DNA of 64,000 nucleotides from Octopus bimaculoides (Eukaryota). The notes beneath the pieces are model-generated. The model saw nothing but the letters and a program-made list of their open reading frames with translations, searched no databases and was not told the DNA's origin. The stretch's first letter is position 1. Each line of letters begins with the position of its first letter. Both the position numbers and the translations under genes were made by a program. This document shows, piece after piece, positions 54,881 through 64,000 of this stretch. The stretch spans positions 16,316,107-16,380,106 of the forward strand of contig NC_068997.1 in NCBI RefSeq assembly GCF_001194135.2, written 5' to 3'.

Positions 54881-56238
54881 TCTCTTGTCTTATCTCATGC
54901 TTAAGTAAGTGGGTGGCTGTGTTTACATATATATAATATTTTATAATATGTATGAATCATTCTGGATATTGCATCGAAATGTTCATAGGTCATTTTCATT
55001 ATTATTATTATTATTATAATAAAGTATTTTCAATGGATCAGTTTTGAGCTCTATTTAAAATCGATATATATATATATGTATATATGGTTTCTGTCTTGGT
55101 TCTATCTCCATGCATTTTCACATGTATGCATGCAACATGAGTGATTTTAAAGTCCCATGATAAACATGTTTTTCACTCAGACTCTATTGTGTATTACTAG
55201 TGTTTATTTTATTGAAGCTGGAAGGATGAAAGTGAAGATCCACTGCTGTCAGGGTTTGATCTCGGGGCTCAGGTGGGAGGAAACTTAACACTGTAGAGCA
55301 TTGAGATCTTTACTGTAGCTCCAGCTACCCTCCTTTCAACCTATATCTCTTTTTATTTGCATATGGAAGATTCTGACTTTGCTCTCTCTGTCTTCTTTCT
55401 TCTTTGTATATCTGTGTTTGTGTGTGTCAGTGTTCTTCCCCCACTCGCTCTCTCGTGTTCTAAATTCTTTTTCTGAGACCCTGCTACTGAGGAAATAGAT
55501 ATGGAAGGGTGTTTACAAATGGGATTGGAAGAAGGCTGGGTTACATAGCATGTTAATGTTTTGTTCTGTGTGTGTGTGTGTGTGTGTGTGAAGGAGACAA
55601 GCGAGGTGAGTGGGGAGAGAAGGGATGGAGTAGAGTTTTACTATATTTTATTTTATTTAGCATTTGTTTTGTCTGCAAAGGAATGAAGGTGTCAGGGTCT
55701 TTTCTGTTCCATTCCAGCATCAAGGAGAGGGCTCTATGGTAGGGCAGGGGTTGGGATAAGCAGTTTCCTCTTTTTTTTTTATCTTAGCCCCAATCATCTC
55801 AACTACTAACAACCTACCCCTTTTTTTTTTTGTTTATTTATTTTTACAATTCTGAGATTAAAGTTATAGCAACGCTGCTACTGCTGCTGCTGCTGCTGCT
55901 GCTGGTGGTGGTGGAATCAAGAGCTCTGGTAACAGTGGCTGTAGTTTTAACTGTCCCCATGGTAATGTAAGGTGGGTATTGATGATGAGGCTAGGGAGTT
56001 TTTTTTGTTAATGGTTGGGTGGTGGGAGATTAACAGTAATCTTAGTAACAGTGATAATTGATGTAGTGGTTGTTGTTGTTGTTGTGATGGTGGTGGTTGT
56101 ATTTTGAGAGCCTGTCTCTGTTTAGAATATCATTGGTATCCTTAATGGTTTTGCCTAGAACTTCCCAGAGTTTCTATGTATTCATGCATGCACATAAACA
56201 CACACATACACTTTCTGTCTGTCTATCCCTCCCTTTTT

Positions 56239-56269
<31 letters not shown>

Positions 56270-56322
56270 GTACAAATTATAAATCAAGACATTTTATTTT
56301 GTGTGTATGCTTGTATAGATAC

Positions 56323-56530
56323 TTCATTCTTTTACTTGTTCCACTCATTTGACTGTGGCCATGCTGGAGCACCACCTTAAAGGGTTTTAGTTGAACAAAT
56401 CAACCCCAGGACTTATTTTTTGTAAGCTTAGTACTTGTTCTATCGGTTTCTTTTGCTGAACTGCTAAGTTATGGGGGACATAGACACACCAGCATCAGTT
56501 GTCAAGCAATGGCACAAACACACACATTAA

Positions 56531-56575
<45 letters not shown>

Positions 56576-56732
56576 ATAGGCTTCTTTCAGTTTCCATCTA
56601 CCGAATCCACTCATAAGGCTTTGGTTAGCCTGACGCTATAGTAGAAGACACTTGGCCAAGGTGCCATGCAGTGGGACTGAACCCGGAACCATGTGGTTGA
56701 AAAGCAAGCTTGTTACCGCACAGCCATGCCTG
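56323..56732 (-). mobile_element. Full-length family A (CORE-like) SINE
   Basis: Reverse complement is colinear with 1214-1590, including the central (TA)n. Confidence 0.9.
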
Positions 56733-57323
56733 TACCTATTAGATGAGAACTTATATAAACAAACAGGATTTAACAGAATAACCAAAAAATAAATACATAA
56801 AAATTCCGGGTGGCAAGTGATAGAGAACACGTTTATGTCTTAAGTGTAACATGTATTTAGTTATATACACAGAAGTTTGGTGTGTTTGGTACAATAGATA
56901 AAATTAGTTGGTGAGGGAGACTGTTATTTCTGTCTGTAGCTAGGTCTAACTTCCCAAATAATGTCCCTTACCTACATTTCTATACATATATATACACTCC
57001 TAAAGTAACAAACACTGACATAAATGGGCACTCTTACGATCCACCCATGCATACATACATCCATAGAAGAAATGAATTTAATATACACAAAAGAAAAACA
57101 ACTTAGAAGTAAAAAAAAAAAAAAAGGATTAACTCTATTTTTTTTTTATCTAACCTTTAGTACTCCAGTGTATGTGTGTGTTGTACACATTCATATGTCC
57201 AGTTATAGTTCTGGTGTTGTCAGAATGGTTAGAAAAGGGCGTGGCCCTCTGGATTAACCTGCCACTTTGAAATTTGATTTTTTTAAAGATTTTTTTTTTT
57301 TTTTTGCTCCTGTGATTGTACAG

Positions 57324-57734
57324 TGTATTTCACTTCAGAACATAGCAAGCAACAACCACCAAGAAGAAACAAATCTAATCTCCACTACCACCACCACCAC
57401 NNNNNNNNNNNNNNNNNNNNNNNNNNNNNNNNNNNNNNNNNNNNNNNNNNNNNNNNNNNNNNNNNNNNNNNNNNNNNNNNNNNNNNNNNNNNNNNNNNNN
57501 NNNNNNNNNNNNNNNNNNNNNNNNNNNNNNNNNNNNNNNNNNNNNNNNNNNNNNNNNNNNNNNNNNNNNNNNNNNNNNNNNNNNNNNNNNNNNNNNNNNN
57601 NNNNNNNNNNNNNNNNNNNNNNNNNNNNNNNNNNNNNNNNNNNNNNNNNNGACAGAAGAACTCCAATACTTCTTTATCTGTATCACTAACCATCCACCCC
57701 ACTACCTCACCCTGTAAACCCAGCCACCCAAAAG
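57324..57734 (+). CDS. Weak candidate internal exon, Ser/Thr/Pro-rich, interrupted by a gap
   Basis: Long T tract then tgtacag acceptor (57323). Open CISLQNIASNNHQEETNLISTTTTT before the gap and QKNSNTSLSVSLTIHPTTSPCKPSHPK after it, ending at aaag|gttggg in phase 1. Confidence 0.25.
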
Positions 57735-58143
57735 GTTGGGTGGTGAGGGAGTAGGAGTGGTGCTGTTGCTTTACAAGAATATAAATTCCTTAGCTTTGTG
57801 ATGGTAGTGGGAGGTTCAAATTTGTTAATTAGACACAGACCAGAGAGTACCAAATTCCTTTATGTGTGTGTGTGTGTGTGTTGGTTGTGTGTGTGTGTGT
57901 GTGCGCGCGCACATACATACAAAACTGGCATACATAGTTTCCAAATTTATTAATTAAAGACAGGCTATAAAGTACTAAATTCCTTCTTATCTATCTATAT
58001 AAATATATACATATATTTATACACTATGCGCATACATACACATTGTTTGAGATAATTTTCCTTCTATTTATTTATATTCTTCACCCTGAAATGATTTTTT
58101 TTTTCTTCTCTCTTCTCCTTACAAAAAGAAAAATCATATTACT

Positions 58144-58199
<56 letters not shown>

Positions 58200-58842
58200 G
58201 TCCTCCTCTGTCTGTGATTCTCTAGCTCTTGCTCTGTAATTTAGTAATGGTAATAGCAGTGCTAGTTGTCATGGTTGTTGTAATTTCTGTTGTTTTTGTT
58301 GTTCCCCCCCCCCCTCTGTTATCTTCAGCACTGATTGGTTATTTCTATACTAAAAGTTTTCTGGGTAAAACTGTGCCAAAGATAAGATCAGATCTGCTTG
58401 TATTATGTATATGTTGGTTTCTATGTTTTAATGCGTGTGCTCTGTGTGTGTGTGTATTACACATATGAAAACTATGTCCCATAATCTTGATGATATATTT
58501 GAAATGAAATATTAATTCGCAGCTCTTATCTATTTATATATAGACGTTGCTTTTGTATTTATTTATTTTACTTCAATAATTTATTAATGTTGTGTATGAG
58601 CAATAGCATAAACGTATACTTAACAAGTTATCTACTGAGAGCTGGCCACAATTTTGTATGCTTAAAACCCAGCACTTGCTTTGGTTTGTGTGTGTGTGTG
58701 TATACATGTGAGTTTGTGTGTGAATTTATACATACACCAACAACTGTATAAGCACACAAAGAAAAGTATCAGCACCCAGTTACTAATTACACAACGAAAC
58801 AGTTTCTGCTATTGTTGTTGTTGTTGTTTCTTACCTTTTTGC

Positions 58843-58882
<40 letters not shown>

Positions 58883-59073
58883 GAACATCATAGTTATGAC
58901 TTCAAAAACGGTACACAGGTTATTTTAATATTTGCAACCCTAATTCTGAATCCCTCTCTCACTGCAACCCTTGCCCTCATCATTTCATGCCACCTTCATC
59001 ATAATCATCATCCTCATCATCACCACCACCAGCACGGCTATAAGCACAACTAACGCACTGCAATATTTTGCAG

Positions 59074-59226
59074 ATGGTGAACCTGAGTTAGATGAAGAAA
59101 ACGCTCCTCAACAGGCCGACACCACTCAGGAGTCAGAGGTTGCAAACCACACTGCTTCGCTGGCTCCCTCAAACTCTTCGCTACTGAACACTAGTTGTCT
59201 CCTCTCTACTGGTTCAGCTCCCACAG
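59074..59226 (+). CDS. Candidate internal coding exon of an unidentified gene (51 codons, phase 1-1): (D)GEPELDEENAPQQADTTQESEVANHTASLAPSNSSLLNTSCLLSTGSAPT(G)
   Basis: Branch-like ctaac about 20 nt upstream, acceptor attttgcag|at and donor cacag|gtaggt. Length 153 bp, divisible by 3. Only the phase-1 frame is stop-free. GC-richer and higher complexity than its flanks. Confidence 0.65.
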
Positions 59227-59875
59227 GTAGGTGGCAGCACTCCATCATTTCCACCATACCACTTACCAACCACTATACACGTTCGCTTAGCTTACAGATG
59301 AATTAACTGAACTAACTTGATGATAACAAATACTAACCTAATTTGAAAACGGTTCTGTTTTCGATCGGTGCTTTCCTCTTTTATCACCCAAAACCCAATC
59401 TTACTAGCTTCCTTCCACTTACTTAACTGACTTATAAATTTGTTTGACAAGATAATTTATAAAATCCTGTCCAATATTTCCTGGTTGCAGTTGGGTGCAT
59501 TGTGTGTGTGTGTGTGTGCACATAGCATTTGTGTTATGGTTGTTGTTTAGCTTTTTGGTCTGTTCTGAGTTTTGGTCACTAATGTTTCAGCTGTGATTGA
59601 TAATACTGGTTTTTTCTTCTTTTTTTTTTCCCCCCGACATGTTATATCCAATACTACATTATCTTATGTGCTCATCATAGTTTAAAATAATAGGGCTTGA
59701 TTTTGAGGGAAATATTGTTTGTATATTAAGTAGGTCAAGTGACCCCTCCCCCTCCCCCTCTAGAGACTCATTGGCTTGACCACATTTGGTGTCTTCCATA
59801 GGTTGTCATTTAATATGCAAATGCATACAGAAAGATATTTTGTCTCCATGTGCATGTTATGCATATGTATATATA

Positions 59876-60083
59876 CAGGGTGGCCCAAAAGTAGGTTTAC
59901 AGTTATTCAACTATCTCTTTCACATTCATATATTACCAGTTTAAATCTTAATTTTAAGAAAATATGAAACCATTATTCTATGCTAATTCAGTTAATTTTG
60001 TGAAGCTCCCTTTTCAGTTTGTAAGAGAAATTTAAAAGAAATTTTAAGTGCCTATGTGATAACTGTAAATCTACTTTTGGGCC

Positions 60084-60089
<6 letters not shown>
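59876..60089. mobile_element. Tc1/mariner-type MITE (214 bp)
   Basis: 31-bp TIRs cagggtggcccaaaagtaggtttacagttat versus reverse complement tagggtggcccaaaagtagatttacagttat, with TA on both flanks. Confidence 0.92.
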
Positions 60090-60135
<46 letters not shown>

Positions 60136-60292
60136 GTTATGGTCTTAGACAATGTCTCAGAAGTGACAATGAGCAAAAACTAACATTATCTTTCGCTCTC
60201 CACTATACAAGATGACGTTTTCTGATATGAAACCTGTAGTGCTGCAATTCACTGATTTCTTGTTTTATTCAGTTCTTTTATATATTCCATTA

Positions 60293-60345
60293 CATCTTTA
60301 CTTGTTTCATTGACTGGATTAAAGCCATGCTGGAACACCATCTTC
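60293..60345 (-). mobile_element. Family A SINE 3' fragment
   Basis: ctttacttgtttcattgactgg...gccatgctggaacacc. Confidence 0.6.
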
Positions 60346-60728
60346 AGAAGTACTGTTGCTTTGAATATACTCACCCCAGCACTTGTAGATCACTGCTACT
60401 TATTTGATCAGATAAGCAGCAAATTCGACCTGAATAGAATCAAAGTTTTTAAGATAACACTCCCAGTATTCGATCTTTGGGTGAAGGAGGTTTTCAAACT
60501 CAGCCCTGTGGAAGCCACCACCAAATTTACTTGCCAGTTTGCCATTAATTAACACCATCACCAATATACTATTATAATTAGTTTTGTTTGTTTGTTCCAT
60601 TTTATATCATTATTTTTGTCTGCAACTTTCCTGTTACCATTTCTAACGCTAGTGTTGATGTCGTGATTGATACTTTGACTTTGTTTTCCAACATTTGATT
60701 ATGTTGGTACTACTGCTGCGCTGTTACC

Positions 60729-60792
<64 letters not shown>

Positions 60793-60800
60793 ACACATAA

Positions 60801-60939
60801 GGCTTATCTGCAGTTTCTATCTTCTTGTTCTCACTTGCAAAGCATTGGTCAGCCCAAGGCACTTGCTCAAGGTGCTATGCAATGGGATGGAACCCAAGCC
60901 CATCTGGTAGCAGTCAGCTTCATAACCACACAGTCATGC
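60801..60939 (-). mobile_element. Family A SINE head/CORE half only
   Basis: ggctt...cagtttc...aaagcattggtcagccc...cacttgctcaaggtgctatgcaatgggatggaacc...accacacagtcatgc. Confidence 0.7.
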
Positions 60940-61056
60940 TTTTTTCTAAGCCATACATGCATGTAATCAGTTAACTTTTATCTAGCCATAGTGTGCATAT
61001 ACCTATATATATAATATTTCAGGCATGTGTGTATACTTACACACACATATACACAC

Positions 61057-61767
61057 CTTATTTCAGTCATTAGACTGTGGCCATGCTGGGGCACCACCTT
61101 GAAGAATTTTAGTTGAGAAAATTGCCTCCAGTGGAGGTACATGGCCTAGTGGTTAGAGCAGCAGATTCGCGATCAAGCGATCACCGGTTCGAATCTTAGA
61201 CCAGGCAATGTGTGTGTTTATGAGTGAAACACCTAAGCTCCATGCAGCTCCAGTAGAAGGTACAAACTTCTGACTCTTTCGCCACAACTTTCTCTCACTC
61301 TTTCCTCCTGCATCTAGCAGCTCATCTGAGATGGACTGGCATCCCATCCAGGTGGGGAACCTATACACCAATGAAACTGGCCCTTATGAACCAGCTATGG
61401 TTCAAGAAGGAACAAACAACTACTTAACGTTTTTTTGTAAAGCCTGGTACTTATTCGATTTGCCTGTTTTACCAAACTGCTAAGTTACAGGTATGTAAAC
61501 ACACCAACACCAGTTGTCACTCTATGATGGGGAACAAACAGAGACACAAAGACATACACACTCCTCTATCTATCTATATATTTATATACATATGTGTATA
61601 TATGTATGGAAATATGATGGGCTTCTTTCAGTTTCTGTCCATTCCATCAAATCCACTCACAAAGCTTTGATCAGCCTTATAGTAGAAAACACCCAAGATG
61701 CCATTCAGTGGGACTGAACCTGGAACTATGTGGTTGTGAAGCAAGTTTCTTACCACACAATTATGGC
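61057..61767 (-). mobile_element. Family A SINE split by a nested insertion (host parts 61057-61132 and 61421-61767)
   Basis: Joining cctccagt to acttaac restores colinearity with 56323-56732. Confidence 0.88.
61133..61420 (+). mobile_element. tRNA-derived SINE (family E) nested in family A
   Basis: Head ggaggtacatggcctagtggttagagc with A box tggcctagtgg and B box ggttcgaatc, a non-tRNA body and tail gaaggaacaaacaac. Confidence 0.85.
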
Positions 61768-61790
61768 TTTAGTCTTTGCGTGTGTATATG

Positions 61791-61861
<71 letters not shown>

Positions 61862-63949
61862 AATATGCATATGCATGTGTATATATTCATCCATTGTTTG
61901 ACCATTTTCTCATTCTAGCAGGTGTTGAGTGAATATATATTGTTGAAGTATCTCAACACATGTGTATATATATGTGTATATATATGTGTGCACGTGCACT
62001 CACATATGCATATTTATATGCTTTGGAATTATGTTTTTTTTTTTTTGCCTGTCTTATTTGTTTGCTGCAGTTCCTGACAATAATGTTGTTGTTGTTGTTG
62101 TTCCTGTTGTTGTTCTTCTTCTTCTTGTCACATGCTGCTGAGCTTGTCCTTTGCTGTCTTAGATATTTTTGTTGACTTTCCAAGCGTGGTTGTCTAGTTC
62201 TCTCTTCTGCCTTTTACTACTCTCCCCCATAGTACGCACCTGAACAATGATGCCTTGAATGTAATATTCTGCCTTCTTCCAGCCTTTTTCGCCCATCCTG
62301 CCCCACCACCTTCTCTCTCTCTCTCTCTCTCTCTCTGCCATTTGTCAGGGTGGTGATGGTGTTGATGTTGATGATAATGGTGTTATTTCCATCAGGAGAA
62401 GCAAATGATAGAGAGACAGACAGACAGACAGACAGATAGAAAGATAAATAGATGTAGTAAGAGAACTTTGACACATATAAGCATATATAAACACATGCAG
62501 ACTCATATATAAATACACAGTGCAGCTATAAAATGTGTGTATGTTTGTGTGTATAATGTCTTTTAATATAATTTGGCTGATTTCGTTGTCATGGAAACAA
62601 AGTTTTCCTATTCATTGGCCTGATGCTATCATATGATAGACTGATTTATTCTGTTTCATTTCTTTATACAGATTTTCCTCCTCCCTGTCTTTCCCTCTCT
62701 CTCTCTCTCACTCCTTCTCTCTTTCTCTCGATCCTTCTCTCTCTCTTTCGCTCCTTGTCTCTTTATTATTCTTTCTTATTCTATTTTATCTTTTTCTCAT
62801 AGGTTTTTTTTTTATGTATTAGTTTTTGTTTTGTTTAACGTATTTTTTAAAAATATGTTTGAGTTTTTGTTTTTAATTATAAAAGTAGATTACTTTATCT
62901 TTACTCCCCTCCCCTTTTCTTCCATTATATCTATATGTCTATCAGTCTCACTACAGTTATCCATCCATTACGCTTTCTGTTTATCTACACATACATACAC
63001 ACACAGACACACATATATATATATATATATGCACACAATCTCTAATAATTTCTCAGTATATTTGTCTGTCTATTAATGCATGTATGTGTATAAGACCTGG
63101 AGTGTTGACTGGTTCCAGGAGCACAAGGACAATTACAAATTCCACATCTTATTCTTCACTCCATCTACTATCATCTCTTTACAATTCCATCCCTTTCTCC
63201 CTCTGTCCCTCGCTCCCTAATAAAATTTTTTTTCTCCATCTTTTTTTCTTTTTTGTTTTTCATTTTGAAAAATTTTGTTTATTTCCTTCTTCCTTATTTT
63301 CTCTCTCTCTCTCTCTCTTTCTCTTCTCACCCTGTCCACATCCTGACAAATTACAACTCTTCCCCCTCCCCTCGTATTTAAAACATCGACATAATCCGGA
63401 CGGAAAGTCTCGAGGTGCCGGTCTTTAGCAGTAGAATTGTCTCTGGCAAGCAGTTTCTTTTGTTCTGTCGATCAATTGGACACTACCATTCGTTTCTACA
63501 AAAAAAATAAATAAATAAATAAAATTTAAAAAAAGGACTGAAAATAACAAAAACCAAAAAAGATATTCAAAGAACCACTTACACATTTACACATACACGC
63601 ACATATGTACACCATGCATATACACACACACATATATATATATGCAAGCAGAATTATGTACATACATTGACATCTTCGTGTCAATTGGCTCAATGCTGCT
63701 TGCTTGTTGAGACGCAGACTCAGCATCTGAGAGGCTTGCACTTAACCCACGACCCATCCTTCTCCTCTCCACTGCTGTCTTTCCCTCATATCATTTCAGC
63801 ATTTCAAAAATCTTAAACTGAAATAATGAAATCATTTTCCACACAGAAACACCTATCCATGCAATGCACACACGCTTACACTCATACATGTGCACATACA
63901 CTCATTATCTCTCTCTCTATCTATCTAGCCATCTATCTATCTATCTCAG

Positions 63950-63982
<33 letters not shown>

Positions 63983-64000
63983 ATATATATATATATATAT

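Larger units (their letters stand above)
3245..57650. other. Assembly gaps (N runs)
   Basis: N runs at about 3245-3254, 8036-8678, 9256-9616, 15721-15734, 18724-18823, 20165-20520, 26831-26840, 27355-27364, 33511-33520, 40541-41181, 42497-42675, 43460-43526, 45218-45400, 46560-46767, 47521-47530, 48226-48236, 50918-51051 and 57401-57650. Most abut (TA)n, (CT)n, (ACC)n or homopolymers. Confidence 0.98.

Noticed and set aside
55870-55971. 102-bp poly-Ala/Gly frame with AG and GT ends
   Set aside because: It derives from (GCT)n(GGT)n microsatellite, has a poor polypyrimidine tract, and its phase 2 is incompatible with the downstream candidates.
58971-59073. Signal-peptide-like start of the 111-aa ORF
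   Set aside because: The start is TTG and the hydrophobic run is an (ATC)n repeat. This part is better read as intron upstream of the 59074 acceptor.
61133-61205. tRNA gene
   Set aside because: It has A and B boxes but no complete cloverleaf or T-run terminator, and continues into a SINE body.
1-64000. Conserved bilaterian or molluscan miRNAs, rRNA, snRNA, CRISPR arrays, prokaryotic operons
   Set aside because: None were recognised by eye. Lineage-specific miRNAs cannot be excluded without small-RNA data.

Overview
AT-rich, microsatellite-dense eukaryotic DNA with 18 assembly gaps, most of them next to simple repeats. The dispersed repeats match my recollection of octopus SINE families, so this is most likely an octopod cephalopod genome, and largely intronic or intergenic. 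There is no complete protein-coding gene, RNA gene or CRISPR array. Nearly all ORFs in the supplied track are artefacts of microsatellites, N-runs or non-ATG starts. Supportable content: (i) at least five tRNA-derived or SINE-like families, including tandem and nested copies; (ii) two Tc1/mariner-type MITEs and one piggyBac-type MITE; (iii) LINE relics, namely an R4/Dong-like C-terminus with restriction-like endonuclease, an RTE-like C-terminus with three tandem C2H2 fingers, a second RTE 3' end and older RT relics; (iv) one good candidate internal coding exon on + (59074-59226, 153 bp, phase 1-1) of an unidentified gene, plus weaker exon and regulatory candidates. I found no convincing novel multi-gene system. 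The best leads are the orphan exon, the triple-zinc-finger LINE tail and the modular, nested SINE/MITE architecture. Family names come from memory of motifs, not from database searches.
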